IMG/VR virus record: IMGVR_UViG_3300035703_000124
Location: 1 to 54,141 of that record
Direction: 5' to 3' (one strand)
DNA length: 54,141 nt
From: a virus
Lineage: Duplodnaviria; Caudoviricetes
Shown: positions 18,890 to 27,347 of the stretch, piece after piece
Layout of the letters: each line of letters begins with the position of its first letter
How positions within the stretch are numbered: position 1 is the first letter of the stretch
The notes under the pieces: model-generated
Told to the model about the DNA's origin: nothing
The model's database searches: none
Seen by the model: the letters and a program-made list of their open reading frames with translations, nothing else
Position numbers and translations under genes: made by a program

Positions 18890-19067
18890 TGATTTGATAA
18901 ATACAAATAAGAACCCGAGTGTCAATCGGGGTATTGAACTTATTCTTAATGGAGGTAAAAGAAAGCAAACGTATCCTTTCCACATCATCTTTGAGAAGAT
19001 GGTTTGCTTTCTTAAACGGGAAGTAACCGTCTATTTTGAATTTTCCTTAAACATAAGGAAAAAATAG
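18849..19067 (+). CDS. Hypothetical protein
   Basis: 72-aa ORF between nrdC and the next gene; start uncertain. Confidence 0.45.
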   Translation: MTQSNSSKNNKSSDDLINTNKNPSVNRGIELILNGGKRKQTYPFHIIFEKMVCFLKREVTVYFEFSLNIRKK

Positions 19068-19087
19068 TAGTTTCCCGGAGAAAAGAA

Positions 19088-19321
19088 ATGTTAGCAGTCA
19101 GTCTAGTATTTGGTTCATTTTTAACAATTTTGTTTCTTATAGTGGGACTTATAGGTGGATGGGTTGCTAGAGAATATATGATGAACTATCGGGAAATTCC
19201 ACGACCTCACCCCGAAATGTTTGATGGACAAGGAAACTTAATTCCAGATGAGGTAATTGCATTTAATTTTGAAAACTATCATGACTACAACGACACAGAA
19301 GAAGACGACGACGAAATCTAA
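19088..19321 (+). CDS. Small membrane protein, conserved in cyanomyophages
   Basis: N-terminal TM helix, HPEMFD..GN, acidic tail. Confidence 0.65.
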   Translation: MLAVSLVFGSFLTILFLIVGLIGGWVAREYMMNYREIPRPHPEMFDGQGNLIPDEVIAFNFENYHDYNDTEEDDDEI

Positions 19322-19889
19322 ACCATCAGTTACAACTGAAAAAAAGGATTCTCCTATTGCCGAATTACCTTCAAATCCTTTTGTATTTGAAATTTTTAAT
19401 TTGGCCCTAAAGCAAAGAAGTAACGCAAAAAAAGTAGAAGTTCTTCAGAAATATTCACACCCATCTATTCAAACATTATTTGTTTGGAATTTTGATGAAA
19501 GCATTATTTCTGCACTTCCTGTAGGAGAAGTTCCTTATGCAAGTGTTGGGGAACAAAATTCTTTCAGCGGAACAATCAGTGAAAAGATTGATGATGCTGT
19601 TTATAAGATGCAAGAACTTGGATCAAATTCTCTTGGATCTCAAGATCAAGGACGTTCTTCTATTCGTAAAGAGTATCAAAAGTTTTATAATTTTGTTAAA
19701 GGTGGAAATGATTCTTTAAGTTCTCTTCGTAGAGAAACCATGTTCATTAACTTACTTCAAGGATTGCATCCTCTTGAGGCTGAGATTTTATGTCTTGTAA
19801 AAGATAAAAAGTTGGAAACAAAATATAAGATCACTAAAGAAATTGCAAGTCAAGCATATCCCAATATTCAATGGGGTGGGCGTTCGTGA
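19281..19889 (+). CDS. Conserved T4-like hypothetical protein
   Basis: WNFDESI.SALP.GEVPY, FYNFVKGG, RRETMFI.LL.GLHP.EAE. Confidence 0.7.
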   Translation: MTTTTQKKTTTKSKPSVTTEKKDSPIAELPSNPFVFEIFNLALKQRSNAKKVEVLQKYSHPSIQTLFVWNFDESIISALPVGEVPYASVGEQNSFSGTISEKIDDAVYKMQELGSNSLGSQDQGRSSIRKEYQKFYNFVKGGNDSLSSLRRETMFINLLQGLHPLEAEILCLVKDKKLETKYKITKEIASQAYPNIQWGGRS

Positions 19890-19891
19890 GT

Positions 19892-20245
19892 ATGAGTAAA
19901 CTTCGTGATGTAATTGAAAAGGCACAACAAACGGAAAAGCATATGGACCATTGGACACCAGTAGAAAAAGAAACCTGTAAGTCACGATACGGATGTGATA
20001 TCTTGATTGAAAATGGTTCCTATGCTGATGTCTGTACAAAAGAAGTTCCCAATGATGCTTATATCATAAAGTACTTTGTTGATGAAAAAATTTGTTTTGA
20101 TCTTACAAGAGGAACTAGAATTAAATTATTTGATATGTACTGGGATAAGTTTCGTGATAATCTGAAGAGTATTGACTTTGGATATGGTAGAGTCAATCCA
20201 AAACTCTGGGGATATAAATCTCCAGAAAAGAAAAAGCGTAAGTGA
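19892..20245 (+). CDS. Conserved cyanophage hypothetical protein
   Basis: ATG at 19892; P.DAY, DLTRG, GYG..NPKLWG. Confidence 0.65.
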   Translation: MSKLRDVIEKAQQTEKHMDHWTPVEKETCKSRYGCDILIENGSYADVCTKEVPNDAYIIKYFVDEKICFDLTRGTRIKLFDMYWDKFRDNLKSIDFGYGRVNPKLWGYKSPEKKKRK

Positions 20246-20254
20246 TTTCCCAGA

Positions 20255-20283
20255 ACCTGGAAAAAATTTCCAGGTATTTTTTT
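20255..20283 (+). terminator. Intrinsic terminator
   Basis: ACCTGGAAA-aaa-TTTCCAGGT hairpin followed by a T tract. Confidence 0.6.
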
Positions 20284-20304
20284 GCCCCTTAAGTTTTTAT
20301 AAAT

Positions 20305-20320
20305 TGTATAGTTTGTTACA
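20305..20320. promoter_or_regulatory. NtcA-like binding site
   Basis: TGTA-TAGTTTGT-TACA matches (T)GTA-N8-TAC(A), just upstream of a -35 element. Confidence 0.55.
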
Positions 20321-20328
20321 AATCGATA

Positions 20329-20357
20329 TTGCTAAATATGCGTAACAAGGGTATAAT
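20329..20357 (+). promoter_or_regulatory. sigma70-like promoter for the riboswitch/micro-ORF operon
   Basis: TTGCTA (20329-20334), 17 nt, TATAAT (20352-20357); predicted start near 20364, where aptamer 1 begins. Confidence 0.7.
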
Positions 20358-20363
20358 ACCCTT

Positions 20364-20459
20364 ACGTTCATCCCCATGGGACGGAAGTAAGCCGACGCGG
20401 AACGGATCGTTCATTCGCTATTCGCAAATAGCGAACGCAAACGCCGACTGAAGGAACGC
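20364..20459 (+). ncRNA. Tandem glutamine riboswitch-like aptamers (glnA / Downstream-peptide type)
   Basis: Two units, each closed by CGTTC...GAACG (20365-20404 and 20408-20458), with internal hairpins TCCC-cat-GGGA and TTCGCTATT-cgca-AATAGCGAA plus CGGAAGTA / GAAGGAACG junction motifs; directly upstream of a YRG-repeat peptide. Confidence 0.75.
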
Positions 20460-20490
20460 TCTTTAACCTAAAAAACTAAGGAGAACCCTA

Positions 20491-20628
20491 ATGTCAAAAG
20501 TAGTTTATCGTGGCATCGAATACGATACTGAAAAGCGTATCGCATATCAACAGCAAATGATGCAGCAACCCCAACAGTACAACGAAACCTATCGTGGTGT
20601 TAAGTTTGTAAAGGAGGGGCATAAGTGA
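20491..20628 (+). CDS. DUF4278-like small protein (45 aa)
   Basis: MSKVVYRGIEYD...TYRGVKF, two YRG motifs; AAGGAG RBS; below ORF-track cutoff. Confidence 0.75.
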   Translation: MSKVVYRGIEYDTEKRIAYQQQMMQQPQQYNETYRGVKFVKEGHK

Positions 20629-20723
20629 TGAAAAAACTTAATGTGCTTCAACTCATTAAAGAGCAAAAGCAGAAAGAGAACCGTCGTTACCAAGCACTGC
20701 TTGTAAACGCAGGTGCAAAGTGA
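20628..20723 (+). CDS. 31-aa basic helical micropeptide
   Basis: TGATG overlap, AGGAGG RBS; MKKLNVLQLIKEQKQKENRRYQALLVNAGAK. Confidence 0.6.
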   Translation: MKKLNVLQLIKEQKQKENRRYQALLVNAGAK

Positions 20724-20809
20724 TGGTGCAAATTATAGTCTCATCTACCGCAGCAATTGCGTTAGTCACTATATGTTTATCGATGTATATTCAGTGGTTA
20801 GATAAATGA
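20723..20809 (+). CDS. 28-aa hydrophobic (single TM) micropeptide
   Basis: TGATG overlap; MVQIIVSSTAAIALVTICLSMYIQWLDK; ends just before a terminator. Confidence 0.5.
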   Translation: MVQIIVSSTAAIALVTICLSMYIQWLDK

Positions 20810-20813
20810 GACC

Positions 20814-20838
20814 AGGAGGGATTATTCCCTCCTTTTTT
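20814..20838 (+). terminator. Intrinsic terminator
   Basis: AGGAGGG-attatt-CCCTCCT plus T tract. Confidence 0.8.
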
Positions 20839-20972
20839 AATAGGTATAAACTCGTAGGCATAAATTATTGTTAAGAAACACACACAAAACATATAGATAG
20901 TAGTAGAATAGTAAGGTCATACAAATGAGCGAAAATTCTTTGTTATGATATTCTTTGTGCGTGGAGGTTATT

Positions 20973-21149
20973 ATGCACAATTTAATTTCTTTCAATCAAC
21001 TGGCTGGATGGAAAAGTTTAGAAAACACAATTGATAAATTTACAGAACAAAATGAATTAATGAATGACTATTTCAATTGTTTAATTGAATGTGATGAAAA
21101 TCAACAGAGTTGTAAAAGGATATGTCGGGATATATTAAGTAACTTGTGA
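20973..21149 (+). CDS. Small Cys-rich protein (Cx3C-x6-Cx3C)
   Basis: GGAGG RBS; MHNLISFNQLAGW...DYFNCLIECDENQQSCKRICR. Confidence 0.65.
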   Translation: MHNLISFNQLAGWKSLENTIDKFTEQNELMNDYFNCLIECDENQQSCKRICRDILSNL

Positions 21150-21158
21150 TGTAATTGA

Positions 21159-21183
21159 GAGGGGTTGATCCCCTCCTTTTTTT
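21159..21183 (+). terminator. Intrinsic terminator
   Basis: GAGGGG-ttgat-CCCCTC plus T tract. Confidence 0.75.
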
Positions 21184-21214
21184 ATGGTAGAATGAATTGA
21201 GAGAATATTATCTT

Positions 21215-21388
21215 ATGGACAAGGAAAAACTTAAACTCATCGTCCGTAATTTGGAACTCTTAGTTGACTCCTTGAAAGCAGAAATATATTCTGACACTCA
21301 GAGTTATCTAAATTATGATGAGGTAAAAAAAGGATTGCACCACGATTATGACGAAATCTTTGACGACGATGATGGGTACGCGGATTAG
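21215..21388 (+). CDS. Conserved cyanophage hypothetical protein
   Basis: MDKEKLKLIVRNLELLVDSLKAEIYSD..Y; acidic tail. Confidence 0.65.
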   Translation: MDKEKLKLIVRNLELLVDSLKAEIYSDTQSYLNYDEVKKGLHHDYDEIFDDDDGYAD

Positions 21389-21548
21389 TAGAGCAAAAAA
21401 ACTTGTTAAACTTCTAGAAAGACTGGTTAAACAAGAACATCTTTATACTGCTGAAAAAATTATAGAGATGAAAGCACAATTGCGAGTAGTAAAGGAAGAA
21501 CTTGCAGACTTAGAAACAAAAATTTCAAAAGGATTTGGAAAGAAATGA
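21348..21548 (+). CDS. Hypothetical coiled-coil protein
   Basis: Ends KGFGKK with ATGA overlap into thyX; start uncertain. Confidence 0.55.
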   Translation: MTKSLTTMMGTRISRAKKLVKLLERLVKQEHLYTAEKIIEMKAQLRVVKEELADLETKISKGFGKK

Positions 21549-22300
21549 AACCAATTAAAGCAAAAGATCTTCTTGAATTGGATAAAGAGATGAAAGTTGT
21601 GATGCTTAGTCAGACACAACTTCCACAAACTCTTGTATGGCAAGGAGGTAAGAATGACTATTCTGAAGACCCTATTCATACCAAACTTCCACCAAATGAA
21701 AATGAATGTGGTAAATGGGTTATTGAGCAACTACTTGCAAATGAACGTGGGCACTGGGGTCCATTGGAGCATCCTGCGATTACTTTGGACTGTGTTGGAT
21801 TTGTTCATAATGTAATCGTTCAGGCACGAACCCATCGTGTTGGTGTATCATTTGATGTCCAATCCCAACGATATACTGGTCGTCGTGTGTTGAAAGTTGC
21901 AAGTGGAGAACTTAAACCAGAAGAGGTTTATTATGTGCGTCCAGAAGGTCTCTATCTGGACCGTAAAGGGCATAAGTATGAATGGACGAGGGAAGATTAC
22001 GAAAGGCAGTTAAAGTTCTGTCTGGCAGCATCTGAGAGATATGCAGAAGGTTATAATACTCGTGGTATGGCAGAGGAACATCTTCGTGATTATCTTCCAC
22101 AAAATATTCGTCAGAATTTTGTAGTTTCATTCTCACTTCGTGCTGCACTTCACTTTCTTGATCTTCGTGCAAAGTTGGATGCTCAAGTAGAAATTCAGGC
22201 ACTTTGTGAAGGTATGGTTCCTGTGATTAAAGAATGGGTTCCTGAGATTTTTAGTTATTATGAAGAGAAGCGTCTTCATAAAGCACGTTTGAGTCCCTAA
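21545..22300 (+). CDS. thyX: FAD-dependent thymidylate synthase
   Basis: GHWGPLEH, QARTHR..SFDVQSQRY, R.YLP, LDLR....AQ.EI. Confidence 0.92.
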   Translation: MKPIKAKDLLELDKEMKVVMLSQTQLPQTLVWQGGKNDYSEDPIHTKLPPNENECGKWVIEQLLANERGHWGPLEHPAITLDCVGFVHNVIVQARTHRVGVSFDVQSQRYTGRRVLKVASGELKPEEVYYVRPEGLYLDRKGHKYEWTREDYERQLKFCLAASERYAEGYNTRGMAEEHLRDYLPQNIRQNFVVSFSLRAALHFLDLRAKLDAQVEIQALCEGMVPVIKEWVPEIFSYYEEKRLHKARLSP

Positions 22301-22330
22301 TCTAAATAATCGTACATATTATTTTAACAA

Positions 22331-22573
22331 ATGGCAATTTATCCGCTTATTCACAAAGAAACAGGTGAAAAAAAGGTCGTTGAAATGAGTGTCAACGATA
22401 TTATGCAATGGTATAAAGACAATCCCGAATGGAAAAGGGATTGGTCTGAAGGATGTGCAAGTCCAGGAGAAGTTGGAGATTGGAAAAACAAACTAATTTC
22501 CAAAAATCCTGGATGGAATGACGTATTAGATCGTGCATCAAAAACTCCTGGTTCAACTGTAAAGAAAATCTAG
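22331..22573 (+). CDS. Conserved T4-like hypothetical protein
   Basis: MAIYP...ETGE, W.KDNP.W, GW..VL; TAAATA upstream. Confidence 0.7.
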   Translation: MAIYPLIHKETGEKKVVEMSVNDIMQWYKDNPEWKRDWSEGCASPGEVGDWKNKLISKNPGWNDVLDRASKTPGSTVKKI

Positions 22574-22574
22574 T

Positions 22575-23330
22575 ATGACAAGAAAAAAAAGGACGAATGA
22601 TCAACCAATTGGTGTTGGTTTAACAACCCGTCAAATGAAGCGTAGAAAACCGCTTAGTTCTGACTATTTGATTGATATTGACCCTCTTACTGATAATCAG
22701 AAAAAACTTTTTGACTCATATGCTAATCAAAAACATTTAGTAGCATATGGATGTGCTGGAACAGGTAAAACTTTCATTACACTTTATAATGCACTTAAAG
22801 AGGTTTTAAATGAAAGATCTCCTTATGAAAAAGTTTATATTGTTCGTTCATTAGTAGCAACTCGTGAAATTGGTTTTCTTCCTGGAACATATGAAGATAA
22901 ATCTGATATTTACCAAATTCCTTATAAGAATATGGTAAAGTACATGTTCCAAATGTCGAGTGATAGTGAATTTGAGATGCTCTACGGTAATCTTAAAGGG
23001 CAGGAAACAATTAAATTTTGGAGCACTTCTTTTCTTCGTGGAACAACTCTTGATAATTCAATCATTATTGTAGATGAATTCCAAAATTGCACAAGTCATG
23101 AATTAGATTCAATCATTACACGTATTGGAGAAAATTCTAAGATTATGTTCTGTGGAGATGCAACTCAATCAGACCTTGTAAAAACTAATGATAGGAATGG
23201 GATTATTGATTTCATGTCTATCTTGCGTAAAATGCCATCGTTTGATATAATTGAATTTGGTGTAGATGATATTGTCCGTTCTGGACTTGTTAAAGAGTAC
23301 ATTATTGCAAAAATGGAAGCAGGATTTTAA
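22575..23330 (+). CDS. phoH: PhoH-family ATPase
   Basis: GCAGTGKT (P-loop), REIGFLPG, FLRGTT, IVDEFQN, CGDATQSDL, DIVRSGLV. Confidence 0.95.
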   Translation: MTRKKRTNDQPIGVGLTTRQMKRRKPLSSDYLIDIDPLTDNQKKLFDSYANQKHLVAYGCAGTGKTFITLYNALKEVLNERSPYEKVYIVRSLVATREIGFLPGTYEDKSDIYQIPYKNMVKYMFQMSSDSEFEMLYGNLKGQETIKFWSTSFLRGTTLDNSIIIVDEFQNCTSHELDSIITRIGENSKIMFCGDATQSDLVKTNDRNGIIDFMSILRKMPSFDIIEFGVDDIVRSGLVKEYIIAKMEAGF

Positions 23331-24010
23331 TGTTTAATCATATTGATGTGAATCTTCCTTGTCTTGAGAGGGAGACTATAGATGGTGTTCGATATTATAA
23401 AGTTCCAGATGCTGAAGAGTTACTTAGACTTGTTTCTATTACTTCTGTAACAAGTCATAAAAATCGCCAGTTTTTTGCAAACTGGCGTAAAAAAATTGGT
23501 GAAGAAGAGGCAGATAAAATTACACGACAAGCAACGAGTCGTGGAACTGACATGCACAGTTTGGTAGAACATCATCTTAAAAATGAGGATCTACCTCATG
23601 TTCAACCATTATCAGAATTCTTATTTAAAATTGCTAAACCAGATTTAAATCGTATAAATAATGTTTATACTCTTGAAGGTTCCCTGTATAGCAAGGTTCT
23701 TGGAATAGCGGGAACAGTAGATTGTATTGCAGAGTTTGATGGCGAATTAGCAATAATCGACTTTAAAACATCTAAAAAACCAAAACCACGGGAATGGATT
23801 GAACATTATTTTGTTCAGTGTGTTGCTTATGCATGTATGTTCTATGAACTTACAGAAATCCCCGTCAAAAAACTTGTAATCATTATGGCTTGCGAAAATG
23901 GAGAATGCGTCGTTTATGAAGAAAGAGACAAATCAAAGTACATCAAACTACTCACCGAATACATTAGAGAGTTTGTTAGAGATAAATTGGAATCATATGG
24001 AAAAAAATAA
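23330..24010 (+). CDS. PD-(D/E)XK exonuclease (Cas4-like fold)
   Basis: SITSV, RGT.MH, AGTVDCIAE....IIDFKTS, Q..AYA. Confidence 0.85.
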   Translation: MFNHIDVNLPCLERETIDGVRYYKVPDAEELLRLVSITSVTSHKNRQFFANWRKKIGEEEADKITRQATSRGTDMHSLVEHHLKNEDLPHVQPLSEFLFKIAKPDLNRINNVYTLEGSLYSKVLGIAGTVDCIAEFDGELAIIDFKTSKKPKPREWIEHYFVQCVAYACMFYELTEIPVKKLVIIMACENGECVVYEERDKSKYIKLLTEYIREFVRDKLESYGKK

Positions 24011-24257
24011 AGAGTTAGAACAAGCAATACAAAATAAGTTTCTTACACCTTCTAAATTTGCATTAGAAATTGAGAACATAGTTGCAACTGAAAATTTTAA
24101 TTATATTGATGCTATTGTTCACTTTTGTGAAATTAATAGTCTTGAAGTAGAATCGGTTACAAAACTTATTTCAAAACCTTTAAAAGAACGATTAAAGTGG
24201 GACGCAACTCGTCTTAACTTTATGAAGAAAACTTCGCGTGCGAAATTGCCTTTATGA
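23997..24257 (+). CDS. gp33: Late promoter transcription accessory protein
   Basis: YIDAIVHFCE.N.LEVE, ISKPLKE.L, LNF; synteny before gp59. Confidence 0.85.
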   Translation: MEKNKELEQAIQNKFLTPSKFALEIENIVATENFNYIDAIVHFCEINSLEVESVTKLISKPLKERLKWDATRLNFMKKTSRAKLPL

Positions 24258-24850
24258 TCGTGACGCCTTTTGAAACTTATCAACATTATTTGTCACTCAA
24301 AAATCATTTCACAAATCCAAAATACGACTTCTTTAAGTACGGTGCGAAGACTCGTGCCAGTTTAACGTCTTTTAACCGTCGCAAGGATAAGTACTTCTTC
24401 GAACGCACCAGTCGCAAATTTTCGGATAAAGAGATCGTAAATTTTCTAGTATCAAACTTTGTAGCAGCAGACACACCGGGCAATTTATGGATTGGAGAGA
24501 TTATCAATTCTGGCGAAAGAACCTACCAAGAGTGGATGCGCCGTCAACAGAGTTTGACCTACTTATTCAAAGAGCAAAGCAGCGAATTCTTCTTGGAGAC
24601 CAAATTAGAGGATGCTTTGAATTGTTCCAAAGGACACCCACCAGTCCTCAAAAAGTTTCTAAGCGGGCAGTTGTCGCTAGAAACCTTAACAATCTACGAA
24701 AAAATATTCCATTTCTCAAAAGATTTTGATAAGAAACTTTTGGACCCGGTGTGGGAAACCGTAAGTTTAAAAGTTAAAAAATATATGCCATTTCTAAATA
24801 TTGATGTATTCCAATTTAAAAAAATTTTACGGGAAATTATCAATGAGTAA
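24254..24850 (+). CDS. gp59: Helicase loader
   Basis: YLSLKNHF...YDFFKY, F..RKDKYFF, SLETL, KY.PFL. Confidence 0.88.
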   Translation: MIVTPFETYQHYLSLKNHFTNPKYDFFKYGAKTRASLTSFNRRKDKYFFERTSRKFSDKEIVNFLVSNFVAADTPGNLWIGEIINSGERTYQEWMRRQQSLTYLFKEQSSEFFLETKLEDALNCSKGHPPVLKKFLSGQLSLETLTIYEKIFHFSKDFDKKLLDPVWETVSLKVKKYMPFLNIDVFQFKKILREIINE

Positions 24851-25172
24851 CTTTTTTGATTCTGATATTATTCAAGAAGAACTGAAAGAAATTAACAAGT
24901 TACAAGAACAAATTTACGGAAGTATTCTTACTTTCGGTATGATGTCCCGTGAAGATAAACTGGAACATATTGAAAAACTGTCTCTCTTGCTAGAAAAGCA
25001 GAGAGTGATGTATACTAGGTTATCTCTCTCAGACGACCCTGAAGCGGTTGAGATGAAAGAGAATCTTCGCAAATCAGTTGCAATCATGGGATTTTCCCCA
25101 GAAACTGATATGCAAGTTTTATTCACTAGTATGACAAAAACGATTGAATCCCTCAAGAAGTACCTTGACTGA
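24843..25172 (+). CDS. Conserved cyanophage protein (DUF1825-like)
   Basis: FFDSDIIQEEL, RLSLSDDPEA..MK. Confidence 0.7.
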   Translation: MSNFFDSDIIQEELKEINKLQEQIYGSILTFGMMSREDKLEHIEKLSLLLEKQRVMYTRLSLSDDPEAVEMKENLRKSVAIMGFSPETDMQVLFTSMTKTIESLKKYLD

Positions 25173-25193
25173 TCCTCCGAATCCTGTTATACT
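25165..25193 (+). promoter_or_regulatory. sigma70-like promoter for gp32
   Basis: TTGACT, 17 nt, TG-n-TATACT. Confidence 0.7.
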
Positions 25194-25233
25194 ATCCGAG
25201 TAATCCCCCGAATCCAAACTATCCGAGGTATCC
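25172..25233 (+). repeat. Periodic ATCC repeats in the gp32 promoter/leader
   Basis: ATCC at 25172, 25181, 25194, 25203, 25212, 25221 and 25230. Confidence 0.7.
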
Positions 25234-25235
25234 AA

Positions 25236-26150
25236 ATGGCATTTGCCGATCTTAAAAAGCAATCTAAACTTGGTTCTCTCACCGAAAAACTGGTGAAAGA
25301 AGTTGAAAAAATGAATAATTCTGGCAGTTCTTCCGACGAACGTGTATGGAAGTTAGACTGTGATAAAAGCGGAAATGGATATGCAGTAATCCGATTCCTT
25401 CCTGCTCCTGATGGTGAAGATCTTCCTTTCGTGAAAGTCTATTCCCATGCATTCCAAGGTCCTGGCGGTTGGTTGATTGATAACTGCCTGACAAGTATCA
25501 ATCAGAAGTGCCCCGTGTGTGAGCACAACTCTGGTCTGTGGAACAATGGAACTGATGCTGGTAAAGAAGTTGCCCGCAAGCAGAAGCGTAAACTGACTTA
25601 TGTGTCCAACATCTATGTGGTGAAGGATCCTGCTAACCCCGAAAATGAGGGTAAGGTTTTCCTCTTCAAGTATGGTAAGAAGATCTTTGATAAGATCACC
25701 GAAGCGATGCAACCCGAATTTGAAGATGAATCTCCGATTGATCCCTTTGACTTCTGGCAAGGTGCCAATTTCAAACTGAAGGCAAAGAACGTTGCTGGTT
25801 ATCGTAACTATGATTCCAGTGAGTTTGCTTCTCAGAGTGCTCTTCTGGACGATGACGATGCACTTGAAGCAATCTGGAAGAAGCAATACTCTCTTGCAGA
25901 TTTCATGTCTCCCAGTGAGTTCAAGACTTATGAGGAACTGAAGAAGCGTCTCAGTTCTGTTCTGGGTGCCAAGAACACTCGTATTGATGAAGAGGTTGAG
26001 GAAGAAGATGATTATCGTGGTTCTTCGAAAGAACTTGATGATGATCTCCGTTCAGAACTCAACAATCTGAAACCCACTCGCCGTGCTGTTGAAGAAGATG
26101 AGGACGATGATGCACTCTCATACTTTGCAAAATTAGCTTCTGACGACTGA
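25236..26150 (+). CDS. gp32: Single-stranded DNA-binding protein
   Basis: GNGYAVIRFLP, HAFQGPGGW, CPVCE, NIYVVKDP, NYD.SEF; acidic C-tail. Confidence 0.95.
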   Translation: MAFADLKKQSKLGSLTEKLVKEVEKMNNSGSSSDERVWKLDCDKSGNGYAVIRFLPAPDGEDLPFVKVYSHAFQGPGGWLIDNCLTSINQKCPVCEHNSGLWNNGTDAGKEVARKQKRKLTYVSNIYVVKDPANPENEGKVFLFKYGKKIFDKITEAMQPEFEDESPIDPFDFWQGANFKLKAKNVAGYRNYDSSEFASQSALLDDDDALEAIWKKQYSLADFMSPSEFKTYEELKKRLSSVLGAKNTRIDEEVEEEDDYRGSSKELDDDLRSELNNLKPTRRAVEEDEDDDALSYFAKLASDD

Positions 26151-26166
26151 TTCTATGCTATAATAT

Positions 26167-26195
26167 GGGGGAGGCAAGGGTCTCCCCCCTTTTTT
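26167..26195 (+). terminator. Intrinsic terminator after gp32
   Basis: GGGGGAGGC-aagg-GTCTCCCCC plus T tract. Confidence 0.75.
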
Positions 26196-26813
26196 ATGAA
26201 GTCTGATTTTTACATTGACCGAATTACGAAGAAGCAGGCAGAGGAACTGCTGCTTAAGTATCATTATCTTAAAGACATTTCAAAGGGATTTAAGTCTGGT
26301 TATAACTACGGTCTCTTTAAGAAGAATGAGTTTTCACCCCTGAATATTGGTGGACCTATTGGAGTTTGTATATTTACTGGACTACCTGTACCAGAAATCG
26401 CAAAAGGAGCATTTGGACTTGAAAGAAATGAACAACAAGGATTATTTGAACTTTCGCGCCTCTGCATCCACCCAGACATCCAATCTGGGGAGCATAATAT
26501 CACTTCTTGGTTTGTTTCAAGATCGATTAGACAGTTACGGAAGGATACTGAAGTTAAAGCAATCATCTCTTACGCTGATAGTGATTTTCATAATGGTACA
26601 ATCTATCGTTCTCTTAATTTTGGTTACTACGGTCTTACAGATGCAAAAAAAGATTTCTACTATCCAGACGGAACTAAACACTCTCGTGGGAAAGTAAAGG
26701 GTATTGATGGTGAATGGAAAGAAAGAAGTAGAAAACATAGGTTTGTTATGGTTTTTGATAAAACCATAAATATATTATGGAAAGAAGAAAAATGGATTAA
26801 TGAACAATTATAG
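26196..26813 (+). CDS. Mom-like (GNAT-fold) DNA modification protein
   Basis: KYHYL, GVCIF, ELSRLC, IISYAD..FHNGTIY, K.R.V. Confidence 0.7.
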   Translation: MKSDFYIDRITKKQAEELLLKYHYLKDISKGFKSGYNYGLFKKNEFSPLNIGGPIGVCIFTGLPVPEIAKGAFGLERNEQQGLFELSRLCIHPDIQSGEHNITSWFVSRSIRQLRKDTEVKAIISYADSDFHNGTIYRSLNFGYYGLTDAKKDFYYPDGTKHSRGKVKGIDGEWKERSRKHRFVMVFDKTINILWKEEKWINEQL

Positions 26814-27347
26814 TAACTTAATAATAACCGAAGGAACTAGGTTTGGAAAATTAGTAGTATTAGAATTAACAGATAAAAGAAATAAATCTGGTAATAGAAT
26901 TTATAAATTAAAATGTGACTGTGGAAACGTATGTGAAAAAACCTCATCAATGCTTAAAAAGAAAAAAGAACCAGTAAGGCACTGTGGTTTAAACTGTTCA
27001 TTGATGGATAGAAAAAAGAAAAAGAAAAAACACGGTCATTCCAATACTCATGAATATTATCTTTGGAAAGGATGCCAAAATAGAGCAAAGAAAAATAACA
27101 TTCCTTTTAATCTTGAATATACTGATGTAGTAATTCCTAAAAAATGTCCTATTTTAGAAATACCTATTTTTAAAGGAAATGAAAGACACGTAGCAAATAG
27201 TCCTTCGTTAGACAGGTTAGTTCCAGAATTAGGTTATGTTAAAGGAAACGTTAGAGTAATAAGTTATAAAGCAAACACTATGAAAAGTGATGCATCTATA
27301 GAAGAAATAAAAATGTTTGCTAAAAATATTATTTTATATTTTGATGA
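26688..27347 (+). mobile_element. Homing endonuclease cassette carrying a replacement 3' end of the mom-like gene
   Basis: Flanked by two versions of the mom-like C-terminus (26688-26780 and 27348-27443). Confidence 0.7.

Noticed and set aside
20973-21149. CP12
   Set aside because: It lacks the AWD.VEEL core and the C-terminal CP12 Cys spacing.
23330-24010. cas4 as part of a CRISPR system
   Set aside because: It is the usual stand-alone exonuclease between phoH and gp33, with no array or other cas genes.
26688-27347. Group I intron in the mom-like gene
   Set aside because: The insert is entirely coding with no room for a ribozyme core, and the upstream gene is already complete.
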